This document shows, piece by piece, positions 1 to 8,428 of a stretch of DNA of 64,000 nt. Both the position numbers and the translations under genes were made by a program. How positions within the stretch are numbered: position 1 is the stretch's first letter; every line of letters begins with the position of its first letter. The notes under the pieces are model-generated. The model made no database searches, was not told the DNA's origin, and saw nothing but the letters and a program-made list of their open reading frames with translations. The stretch lies in contig CAKOTX010000003.1 of the NCBI GenBank assembly GCA_934120315.1, positions 71,236 to 135,235 on the forward strand, given 5' to 3'. The DNA is from an uncultured Clostridia bacterium. Lineage in GTDB: Bacteria > Bacillota > Clostridia > TANB77 > CAG-508.

Positions 1-651
1 TGTTTCTATTATTTTGGATGTTTTTTCTGTAGTTATTGCTGATGAAACTTGATATGCACAGAAATAAATTGCATAAAATAGTACTATTGAAATCATCATC
101 ATTGCAAATTGATTCCCATGCACTTCTTGTTCTTCAGTCTGTTTCATTTCAAAATTGAAATTTGGACTAATACTTTCTAATTGCTCTTGTGTTAATCCCA
201 ATTTTGAAATTTGTAAATTTGAATATATGCTTGTCAAAGCATTAACTATATCTTCTGGAACTTTGTCGATCATAGATAAATTTTTAACAATATATTCTAT
301 GTTGATTTTTCCATCAACTTTACTAATTACAATTGCATCACTTGCTTCATCATTTGAAATTTTATTTTTGATATCTTCAAATGTTAATTTATCATTAGAA
401 ACATCAAATTTATATCCTAAATCCATTTCATTTAAAGCACCTAATGTGCCTTCAAAAACATTCTCTGAGTCGACAATCAAGAAATTATCTCCGCTTGACT
501 CACTCTCATCACCCTTAATCATTTTTAAAATGTTAGGAATATTAAATCCAATTACTATAAGGCACAAAATGATTATATTAGAAATTATAAAAGATTTTCT
601 TTGTATCATATCTTTTATTGTAAATTTTGCTACAACAAATAAATCTCTCAT
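1..651 (-). CDS. ABC-2 type (NatB-like) transporter permease, N-terminal part; C-terminus lies beyond the left window edge
   Basis: Absent from the ORF track because there is no stop inside the window. The minus-strand ATG at 651..649 overlaps the stop of the upstream ATPase gene. My translation starts MRDLFVVAKFTIKDMIQRKSFIISNIIILCLIVIGF (TM helix), continues through a long soluble loop, then a hydrophobic stretch FAMMMISIVLFYAIYFCAYQVSSAITTEKTSKIIET, and stays open to position 1. Confidence 0.6.
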   Translation of the reverse strand, partial: MRDLFVVAKFTIKDMIQRKSFIISNIIILCLIVIGFNIPNILKMIKGDESESSGDNFLIVDSENVFEGTLGALNEMDLGYKFDVSNDKLTFEDIKNKISNDEASDAIVISKVDGKINIEYIVKNLSMIDKVPEDIVNALTSIYSNLQISKLGLTQEQLESISPNFNFEMKQTEEQEVHGNQFAMMMISIVLFYAIYFCAYQVSSAITTEKTSKIIET

Positions 652-652
652 T

Positions 653-1543
653 TTATTCACCTACCTTTTCTATAAAGATGTCATTTAGAGTTGGCTTCTT
701 TAATTCAAATTTATCAATCTCAATATTTTTATTTACTAGATTTTTTAATAAAGTATGTGCTATTTCTTCATTTTCGATTTTTATCTCATAATTATTATCT
801 ATGTTTTTCTCGATATTCAAATTTAAATCTTTGATTTCTGCTGTAATATCTTGTTTTGTACTAATAATTAATCTATTTGCTTTGTATGTATCCTTTATTT
901 CTTTTAAATTTCCTTTTAACACAGTTTTACCTTTATTTATGATAACAACATCACTGCAAAATTCTTCAATTGATGTCATTTGATGGCTTGACATTACAAT
1001 ATATTTGCCTTTTTCTACTAATTCTAGAATTACTTCTTTTAACAATTCTGTATTAACTGGATCTAAACCACTAAATGGCTCGTCTAACACTATTAATTCT
1101 GGATCATTTAATATAGCTGTTATAAATTGAACTTTTTGTTGATTTCCTTTAGAAAGTTTCTCTGCTGTCATATTTTTATATTCTGATACTTTTAACTTAT
1201 CCATCCAATAATCAATTTCTTTACTTGCATCTTCTTTTTTCATTCCTTTTAATTCTGCAAAATACAATAATTGCTCATAAATCTTAGACTTTGGATAAAT
1301 TCCTCTTTCCTCTGGTAAATATCCAAAATTAACATTTTTTCTTTCTACTTTTTTGCCATTCCACGTAATTTCGCCTGAATCCTTTTTTAGTATCCCAAGC
1401 ATCATTCTTATTGTCGTTGATTTTCCTGCACCATTTGTTCCTAATAGTCCAAATACTCCTGGTTTATTTATTTCAAAACTGATGTTATCTACTGCTAATT
1501 TTTCACCAAAATATTTGCTTACTTTTTCTATTTTTAGCCCCAT
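653..1543 (-). CDS. ABC transporter ATP-binding protein (NatA/ABC-2 subfamily-like)
   Basis: Walker A GTNGAGKST, signature LSKGNQQK, Walker B LIVLDEPFSGLD. RBS GGGGA lies 8 nt before the ATG. Confidence 0.9.
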   Translation of the reverse strand: MGLKIEKVSKYFGEKLAVDNISFEINKPGVFGLLGTNGAGKSTTIRMMLGILKKDSGEITWNGKKVERKNVNFGYLPEERGIYPKSKIYEQLLYFAELKGMKKEDASKEIDYWMDKLKVSEYKNMTAEKLSKGNQQKVQFITAILNDPELIVLDEPFSGLDPVNTELLKEVILELVEKGKYIVMSSHQMTSIEEFCSDVVIINKGKTVLKGNLKEIKDTYKANRLIISTKQDITAEIKDLNLNIEKNIDNNYEIKIENEEIAHTLLKNLVNKNIEIDKFELKKPTLNDIFIEKVGE

Positions 1544-1615
1544 TTTTGCAATCCCCTTTTTTCTTAATTTTTCCTTATTCTATCACTGTTTTACAGGTTT
1601 GTCAAAACAAAAAAA

Positions 1616-1677
1616 TGACAATTTGGTGTCGGTGTTTTTCTTGACAGGCGTGTCAAAAAAAACACCGACACCAAATT
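1616..1677. repeat. Intergenic repeat family, inverted pair (27-bp hairpin arms, 4-nt loop)
   Basis: tgacaatttggtgtcggtgtttttcttgaca ggcg tgtcaaaaaaaacaccgacaccaaatt. The arms are complementary with one mismatch. It lies directly after the stop (1687) of the upstream minus-strand gene. Confidence 0.85.
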
Positions 1678-1686
1678 ACCAAATTA

Positions 1687-2505
1687 TTATTTTATCTCAA
1701 TAGCTCCTACTCCACCATCAATGTCTATATATGTTTCTCCATGTCCATATTCGTTTCCATCTGTTGTTTCCTTGCCATCAATAGTAATAGAACCTATGCC
1801 TTTATTTACTTTAATTTTATAGTTTTCAGTTCCATCAGTTAGATTAAAGTTTATTTTTCCAACACCAGCCCTTACATCATTTCTGCCTGTTAATTTAGCA
1901 TTCAAAGTAAACTCTCCAACTCCTGTATCTAATTTCAAATTATTCATAGCACCAGATAGGATTTCAATTTTTCCAGCTCCTCCATCAATTTCTGATTTGT
2001 TAGATACATTCAATTCTTTTATTACAACTTTTCCAGCACCCATATCAAAATCAAAATTTCTTGTTGCTAATTCTTCTATACTAATTTCTCCTGCTCCTGC
2101 ATCTATCTTCACACTGTCCCAAAGCATATTTGCTGGCACATATAATACAATTTGGCTCGCATCATTTCTATTTGAAAACCAATTTTTTGATTTATCTTTT
2201 ATTATCAACTGACTTCCTTCTTGATTGCATTTAACATTCAAATTATTAGTTTCTACTCTAAGCATTTCACCATTTTTTATTTCTAAGTTTGATGCACTTA
2301 GTTCTATTTTTAATGTTGTAATATCTGTATTTCCTATTGTAGAATAGATCTCTTCTTGACTCTCTATTATTTGGGCATCTTTAGCAACCCCACTAAGCCA
2401 AGCCACTCCCCACAATATGCTTAATGCGACTGAAACAATATTCATTATTATAAATGCAGCTAATGCTATAGCTAAATATTTTATTACTTTTTGGATTACA
2501 TTCAT
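1687..2505 (-). CDS. DUF4097 / toast-rack (LiaG-like) membrane-anchored protein
   Basis: N-terminal TM helix followed by repetitive beta-strand segments (GAGEISI, GAGKVVI, GAGKIEI, GVGEFTL, GVGKINF, GIGSITI, GVGAIEI). There is a 4-nt ATGA overlap with the upstream LiaF-like gene. Confidence 0.65.
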   Translation of the reverse strand: MNVIQKVIKYLAIALAAFIIMNIVSVALSILWGVAWLSGVAKDAQIIESQEEIYSTIGNTDITTLKIELSASNLEIKNGEMLRVETNNLNVKCNQEGSQLIIKDKSKNWFSNRNDASQIVLYVPANMLWDSVKIDAGAGEISIEELATRNFDFDMGAGKVVIKELNVSNKSEIDGGAGKIEILSGAMNNLKLDTGVGEFTLNAKLTGRNDVRAGVGKINFNLTDGTENYKIKVNKGIGSITIDGKETTDGNEYGHGETYIDIDGGVGAIEIK

Positions 2506-3182
2506 TTTATATCAACTCCTCCAAATATACATGTTGAATTAATATAAATAGTGTGCTCACTCTCTTGGTTATGAACAGATTTGTCCGTTACCCCTCCAAA
2601 TATTGGAGTTGATTTGATTTTTACTTTTACATTTGAAGGTACATATATTTCAACTCCTCCAAATATTGATTCTGTTTTTATAACTGTGTCTGAATTGATA
2701 ATAGCTTGACGTAAGTCACACTTTACTCCTCCAAATACAGCTGTTAAATCAGCTCCTCTAAATTCTTCATTTTCAAACTTTGCATTTTGTTCTGAAAATG
2801 TTGCACAATATGAAGGTATATCTTTTTGACTCTTGTTTATTTTGCTTATTTCAGAATTTATTTTTCCATGGATTGAATCCTTAAAAATTATTGATACACC
2901 TATTATTACTAATGCTACTGGTACTACTAATTTCAATACCATGTCAAAGTTTAATAACCATTGACATGCTAATAATAAAGCTCCTCCAATAACTAATCCT
3001 ATTATGTTTCCTGTTTTATCACTATCATTAAATAATCCTATAAAACATGGCACTATGATGAATAATGTCCACCATCCATCAAAAAATATGTCTATATTTG
3101 TTATTCCTAACGCATTTCCTGCTAAAATTAATCCGACTATTATAAATGCTATTCCCCATAATATATTTTCAAATTTTTTCAT
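2502..3182 (-). CDS. LiaF-like cell-wall-active antibiotic response protein (N-terminal TM domain plus C-terminal toast-rack domain)
   Basis: Multi-TM N-terminus followed by repeated FGGV motifs (VFGGVKCDL, IFGGVEIYVP, IFGGVTDKS, IFGGVDIK). Confidence 0.6.
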   Translation of the reverse strand: MKKFENILWGIAFIIVGLILAGNALGITNIDIFFDGWWTLFIIVPCFIGLFNDSDKTGNIIGLVIGGALLLACQWLLNFDMVLKLVVPVALVIIGVSIIFKDSIHGKINSEISKINKSQKDIPSYCATFSEQNAKFENEEFRGADLTAVFGGVKCDLRQAIINSDTVIKTESIFGGVEIYVPSNVKVKIKSTPIFGGVTDKSVHNQESEHTIYINSTCIFGGVDIK

Positions 3183-3195
3183 TATAAAATCTCCT

Positions 3196-3885
3196 TTATT
3201 TTACATAGTAATGTCTAATTGGTTTTAGACTGTCATCTAATTCATAGCAAATTGGATTTCCTGTTTGAATTTCTAGTTTTACTATGTCTTCATCACTAAT
3301 ATCATCAAGATATTTCATTAAACCTCTTAAACTATTTCCATGTGCTGCTATTATTATATTTCTACCTTTTTCTAAATCTGGTTTTATGTCTGTATTCCAA
3401 TATTCCATAACTCTTTTAATTGTGTCTATTAAATTTTCTGTTTTTGGTAGTTCATCTTCTGTTAAGTCTTTGTATTTAGGGTCATTCCCTGGATATCTTG
3501 GATCTGTTACTTCTAATTCTGGTGGTCTTACATCTGAGCTTCTTCTCCAAAGCAATACTTGTTCATCTCCGTATTTTTTTCTTGTTTCATCTTTGTTTAA
3601 ACCTTGTAAAGCTCCATAGTGTCTTTCATTAAGTCTCCAGCTTCTCTTAATTTCGATATTTTCTTCTCCCATTTCTTTTAAAATTAAGTCTAATGTATGT
3701 TCAGCTCTTTTTAAAACTGATGTATATGCTAAATCGAAATGATATCCTTTTTCTTTTAATACCTTTCCAGCTTCTTTAGCTTCTCTTACTCCTTGTTCAG
3801 ATAATTCTACATCTGTCCATCCTGTAAATCTATTTTCTAGATTCCATTCGCTTTGTCCGTGTCTTACTAATACTAATTTTATCAT
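3196..3885 (-). CDS. gpmA: 2,3-bisphosphoglycerate-dependent phosphoglycerate mutase
   Basis: N-terminus [26 protein letters not shown] with the catalytic RHG motif; family-typical length of 229 aa. Confidence 0.93.
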   Translation of the reverse strand: MIKLVLVRHGQSEWNLENRFTGWTDVELSEQGVREAKEAGKVLKEKGYHFDLAYTSVLKRAEHTLDLILKEMGEENIEIKRSWRLNERHYGALQGLNKDETRKKYGDEQVLLWRRSSDVRPPELEVTDPRYPGNDPKYKDLTEDELPKTENLIDTIKRVMEYWNTDIKPDLEKGRNIIIAAHGNSLRGLMKYLDDISDEDIVKLEIQTGNPICYELDDSLKPIRHYYVK

Positions 3886-3940
3886 AAAAATACCTCCTAA
3901 TTTTAATCTAACATGAATTATATTTCACATCGTAAAAAAA

Positions 3941-4975
3941 TCAACCTTCTTCTGCAATTTTTGTCTTTTTATCTCTCATCGTATTTATAATAACAATTAC
4001 TGCACTAATTAAGATTAATGAATAGAAATTTATTCCTCTACTTAATAACATTGCACTACTTAGCATTGCTTCTGGAAATACATTTCTGAATATTCCTAAA
4101 AATCCACCTTCACTTACTCCAACTGCACCTGGTGATGGAATTCCTGATACTGTTGCATATAACACAGCTTGTAATGTTAATACTTGCCATAAATTATATG
4201 TATTAAATCCTAATGCTCTATATACCCAATATGGTACACTGTAATACGCTAATAATTGTACTACTGTAGTCAAAACGGTTTTTAACATTAATTTTTTATG
4301 TTGTTTTACATATACCGCACTTTCTTGATAAGACGCTAATTCTTTTTCCATTTTTTCTTGTTTTTTTTCTATATTTTTAACTCTAAAAAATTTCAATGTT
4401 TTTAATGCAAAATTTATTAATCCTCTTGATAATTTTTTTGAAAATATTCCTATAATCAACAATGCTAATGCTGATGAATTTAATGTAATTCCTAATATAA
4501 ATAAATATATCAATCCTGATTGTAATACATCAAAATGTATAATTGCACTTATAATTCCCATTGTTATTGTTACAATCTGAAAACTACAAAGTTGCATCAT
4601 TAATGCTAATGTTGAATATGCAACTGGAATATCATCTTTATGCATATAATAAATTTCCATTGGTTGTCCACCACTTGCTGCTGGTGTTATAGAACTAAAG
4701 AAAAATCCAATCAATGTATATTTTATATTTTTTAAAAATGTTGATTTTTGCTTGAATTCCTTTAATACTCTTCCTATATTTATTGCCTCACACATGATGT
4801 ATATAAACATTGCAATAATTCCTATGAATATATATCCTTTCTTTGCACTTGCTGCTGCAGTTAATATTTGTGAGACATCTTGGTCTTTAAAAATTAATAC
4901 AAATGTTAATACAATTAATAGAATAAATACAATTATATTCATTATTGTTTTTTTAGTTTTCTTAGTCTTTTCCAT
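3941..4975 (-). CDS. Flippase-like / lysylphosphatidylglycerol synthase TM-region family membrane protein (UPF0104)
   Basis: 344 aa polytopic membrane protein with the SITPAASGGQP motif typical of the LPG_synthase_TM family. Confidence 0.6.
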   Translation of the reverse strand: MEKTKKTKKTIMNIIVFILLIVLTFVLIFKDQDVSQILTAAASAKKGYIFIGIIAMFIYIMCEAINIGRVLKEFKQKSTFLKNIKYTLIGFFFSSITPAASGGQPMEIYYMHKDDIPVAYSTLALMMQLCSFQIVTITMGIISAIIHFDVLQSGLIYLFILGITLNSSALALLIIGIFSKKLSRGLINFALKTLKFFRVKNIEKKQEKMEKELASYQESAVYVKQHKKLMLKTVLTTVVQLLAYYSVPYWVYRALGFNTYNLWQVLTLQAVLYATVSGIPSPGAVGVSEGGFLGIFRNVFPEAMLSSAMLLSRGINFYSLILISAVIVIINTMRDKKTKIAEEG

Positions 4976-5066
4976 TTCTAACTCCTATCTTCTGTTTTTT
5001 ATCTATATTAGCAAAATTTCTTAAACTTTTCAATATTCTTTAACATATCTTCATAAAATATTAATT

Positions 5067-6236
5067 TTAAAATCCAACAATTTTGTTATATGTTTCTATT
5101 GCAAAATTGTCTGTCATTCCTGATATATAGTAAATGATAGCTTTACAAAAATCTCTTTCATTTTTCATATCAAAAATAACATCATTTTTATTCGCATCAT
5201 TTCGCTTTAAGTTCCAATAGTTTGATAGCCATTTTTCAAAGCTTTCAATTACTTCTGGATTAACTGATTTATCTTTTTTGCCATAATTGTTTTTGATTGT
5301 AGAATAAATCTCGTTTATAATTATATTAAAATATCTTGCAGATGGTTTTAATCTTTCTGCTTTGTAAATATATTTGTAATTAAATTCTTTTATTTCTTTC
5401 AACATCTTAAATGTACCTTCTGAAAAGCATAAACCTTTTTCAGGAGAAGAGTTTTCACATAAATCACCTATCAAATGATTTATTATTACTGTATTGTTTA
5501 TTACTTCTTTTTGTTTTAAAATTTTATATAATTCTTCTAGCTTTTCATCTAAAATTCCTAAAGTAATTGCATCTTCTATGTCTCTACCTAGATAAGATAT
5601 TTTGTCTGCAATTTTTACTACACATCCTTCCCAAGTATATGGTGCATATTGGTTTGGATATTCATAATCATATAAATTAATATATTCTTCTCTAGGTTTT
5701 AAACAATTTTCATCAATCTCGCCACAGTGTGAAATTATTCCATCTCTTACTGCATATGTTAAATTCAAATTTTGCCAGTTTTGGTTCATATCTTGCAATA
5801 ATTCGATTTTGTCTACATATTCCATACCATTTCTTTCATGCCAAAAGGTTTCACCAATTTCTTTTTGTGATATTTCTGATAATATTCTTTCTCCAGCATG
5901 GCCAAATGGGCTATGACCTATGTCATGCCCTGTGGCTATTGCTTTGGTTAGTTCTGTATTTAATCCAAAATATTTTGCAATTGTATAACTTACTGATTCA
6001 ACATGCATTACATGTTCAATTCTTGTACATACATGATCATTTTCTGGTGAGAAAAATACTTGAGTTTTATGTTTTAAACGTCTATATGCATTGCAATGTA
6101 ATATTCTTGTGTAATCCCTTTCGAATTCTGAACGCATGTCATTTTCTCTTTTATAAATTTCTTTTTCCCTTTTGATTATTTTCTCCCAATTAGGATTGTT
6201 AGGAGTTGCTGAATATTCTTTAAATTTTCCTTCCAT
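5067..6236 (-). CDS. dGTPase-like HD-domain triphosphohydrolase
   Basis: RTRIEHVMHV and GHDIGHSPFGHAGE motifs of the dGTP triphosphohydrolase / HD superfamily. Confidence 0.75.
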   Translation of the reverse strand: MEGKFKEYSATPNNPNWEKIIKREKEIYKRENDMRSEFERDYTRILHCNAYRRLKHKTQVFFSPENDHVCTRIEHVMHVESVSYTIAKYFGLNTELTKAIATGHDIGHSPFGHAGERILSEISQKEIGETFWHERNGMEYVDKIELLQDMNQNWQNLNLTYAVRDGIISHCGEIDENCLKPREEYINLYDYEYPNQYAPYTWEGCVVKIADKISYLGRDIEDAITLGILDEKLEELYKILKQKEVINNTVIINHLIGDLCENSSPEKGLCFSEGTFKMLKEIKEFNYKYIYKAERLKPSARYFNIIINEIYSTIKNNYGKKDKSVNPEVIESFEKWLSNYWNLKRNDANKNDVIFDMKNERDFCKAIIYYISGMTDNFAIETYNKIVGF

Positions 6237-6255
6237 TTTTTCTCCTTCTTATGTA

Positions 6256-8274
6256 TTAAAATAAATTTGTCTTAATTTTATTTATTAAATAATGGCTTCC
6301 TCCAAGACTTCTTCCATTTTCAACCATACTGATAACTAGCAATTGGTTGCTATCATTGTCTGAAGTGAAGCAGTCAAACCATCCTAGAACATCTGCTTCT
6401 GCATCTTTTGAACCTTTTAATTCTGCAGTTCCAGTTTTTCCAGCAATAGTTCTTCCTTGAACTCTCATGTCTTTAGCTGTTCCTTCTTGATTTTCTACAA
6501 CTTGAATTAAGTCTTCTTTAATTGTATTAGCCGCTTCTTTTGTAAATGCTCCTTCAACTAAATATGATGTTTCAGTTCCTTCTTCTAAATATGGTTTTAT
6601 CATGTTTCCATCATTTGCAAATGCTGAATAAATAGAAGCCATATGTATTGGATTTACAAGTATTTCACCTTGACCATATCCACTATCTGCAAGAACTTTT
6701 TCATTAGAAATTTCTCCATTATTAGCATATTGTGATTTTATATTTCCTAATGTAAAATCAATGTTTTCTCCAAATTTAATTTGTTTTAAACCACTTGTAA
6801 AGCTCTTCGCACCTATTTGTAATGCTGCTTGTGCAAAATAAATATTATCTGAGTGAATCATAGCATTTTCTAGATTTTTAGGTCCACTATATGCTGTAAG
6901 AGTAGTGATATCATATTGTCCCCATCCATCTTTTTTCCAACTTAAACCACTATAAGAAAATGTATCACTTGTGCTTAACTTTCCAGTTGTTAATCCCACT
7001 GCACCTGTTACTGCTTTGAATGTTGAACCTGGGCAATAACTTTGCAAATATCTTGTAAGCATTGGCTTATTCTCATTATTTTTAATAGCATTCCATTTTT
7101 CTGTACTTAATCCTAATGCAAAATCATTTGGATCATATGATGGTGTACTAACTAATGCTAGCAATGCTCCTGTATTTGGATGCATTACTACAAAAAATCC
7201 TGCATCATTTTTTAACTCATTATATAATTTAGATTGTATTGTTGAATCTATTGTTAATTTAATAGTTTCTCCATTTTGAACATCAATTTTAGCAACATCC
7301 TTTTTTCTATTACCTTTGGCATCTTCAATATAAATTTCAACCCCATCTTTACCTTTTAATCTCTCTTCATATTGCTTTTCCAATCCAGCTTTTCCTATAA
7401 CACTAGTACTTGTATATCCTTTACCTCTGTTAGCTTTTAATTCCTCAGCTGTTATATTTTGAACATATCCAACTAAATGTGCAGCAGCTTCTCCTAATGG
7501 ATAAACTCTTGATTTAGTACTTGTTATTTTAATTCCTGGTATTTGAAGCAATTGCTCTTTAAGTTCTGTTGAATCTACCTGAACTTTTTTTAGAGGTACA
7601 AATGTATCATCTTTTACCCAAGAAGCTGACAAAGTTTTATTAATAGATTCTGCTGTTGTTCCAAGTAAATTTGCAATCTTTTCTATATTCTCATCTTTGT
7701 TTTCTCCAAGTTTTCCTGGAACAATTCCAACAGAAGATACAGTTCCAAGCCCTGCTAGCATTTTTCCATTTTTGTCAACAATACTACCTCTTTCTGCAGA
7801 AATTGTTTTAATTCTAACTTTATCATTGCTACTTAAATTGGGAAATATTAAGCTTGATTTCCAGTTTAATTGATAGCCTTTTTCTTTATCTTTAATAACA
7901 TTAGCTGTATTTTCAAACTCTATCTTGCCTGCCTCTGAATTCATTGATTGATTATATGAAATTGCATATGTTTTAGAATCTTCTTCTGCTATATTTGTTA
8001 TCTCAATTTCCATATCTGTCATATCAATACCTTCATATATATTCTTATTTCTAGATATGAAATCTTCTTGTGAAATTTGCTCTTTTGAATCATCTGTTAA
8101 TAAATTATACATATCTTCATAATTTTGCTCATTAACCAGTGAAACGTATTTATTTAATACATCTTCTGGCTTACTATTATCTTTTGTTAATTTATATGCA
8201 ATTATTCCTCCTGCTGTTGCTGCTACTATTACAATAATTGCTACAATAATTCCAATTATAACTTTTTTGTTCAT
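6256..8274 (-). CDS. Class B penicillin-binding protein (NTF2-like MecA_N domain plus transpeptidase)
   Basis: STFK (CPGSTFKAV), SDN (HSDN) and KTGTA motifs with an N-terminal signal anchor. The ORF-track start at 8295 is a TTG inside the repeat element. I prefer the ATG at 8274 (MNKKVIIG...), which has AAAGGA 8 nt upstream. Confidence 0.85.
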   Translation of the reverse strand: MNKKVIIGIIVAIIVIVAATAGGIIAYKLTKDNSKPEDVLNKYVSLVNEQNYEDMYNLLTDDSKEQISQEDFISRNKNIYEGIDMTDMEIEITNIAEEDSKTYAISYNQSMNSEAGKIEFENTANVIKDKEKGYQLNWKSSLIFPNLSSNDKVRIKTISAERGSIVDKNGKMLAGLGTVSSVGIVPGKLGENKDENIEKIANLLGTTAESINKTLSASWVKDDTFVPLKKVQVDSTELKEQLLQIPGIKITSTKSRVYPLGEAAAHLVGYVQNITAEELKANRGKGYTSTSVIGKAGLEKQYEERLKGKDGVEIYIEDAKGNRKKDVAKIDVQNGETIKLTIDSTIQSKLYNELKNDAGFFVVMHPNTGALLALVSTPSYDPNDFALGLSTEKWNAIKNNENKPMLTRYLQSYCPGSTFKAVTGAVGLTTGKLSTSDTFSYSGLSWKKDGWGQYDITTLTAYSGPKNLENAMIHSDNIYFAQAALQIGAKSFTSGLKQIKFGENIDFTLGNIKSQYANNGEISNEKVLADSGYGQGEILVNPIHMASIYSAFANDGNMIKPYLEEGTETSYLVEGAFTKEAANTIKEDLIQVVENQEGTAKDMRVQGRTIAGKTGTAELKGSKDAEADVLGWFDCFTSDNDSNQLLVISMVENGRSLGGSHYLINKIKTNLF

Positions 8275-8289
8275 TTTTATTTTCCTTTC

Positions 8290-8354
8290 TGTCAATTTGG
8301 TGTCGGTGTTTTTCTTGACAAGCTGTCAATTTGGTACCGGTGTTTTTCTTGACA
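8290..8354. repeat. Intergenic repeat family, direct tandem pair (2 x 31 bp, 3-bp spacer)
   Basis: tgtcaatttggtgtcggtgtttttcttgaca agc tgtcaatttggtaccggtgtttttcttgaca. The two units differ only at GTGTC versus GTACC. Confidence 0.9.
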
Positions 8355-8371
8355 TTTTTAGTAATAAAATC

Positions 8372-8407
8372 GGGCCTCTATCCCTTTTGTCTGTAAGATA
8401 AAAGCCC
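8372..8407 (-). terminator. Putative rho-independent terminator of the surface-protein gene
   Basis: On the minus-strand RNA, GGGCUUUUAUC pairs with GAUAGAGGCCC (11 bp including 2 G-U wobbles, so pairing is better on the minus strand). A U-rich GAUUUUAUU tract follows. Confidence 0.45.
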
Positions 8408-8428
8408 AACATATAATTTTCTATTTTT

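Noticed and set aside
155-688. Plus-strand 177-aa ORF at the left edge
   Set aside because: The translation is low-complexity and Ser/Leu/Ile-rich. It lies antisense to a convincing minus-strand ABC-2 permease reading frame that is translationally coupled to the ATPase gene, so it is a shadow ORF.
8290-8354. Possible CRISPR array formed by the 31-bp repeats
   Set aside because: There are never more than two units per locus. The spacers are only 3-4 nt. Units occur in inverted as well as direct orientation. No cas genes are present in the window.
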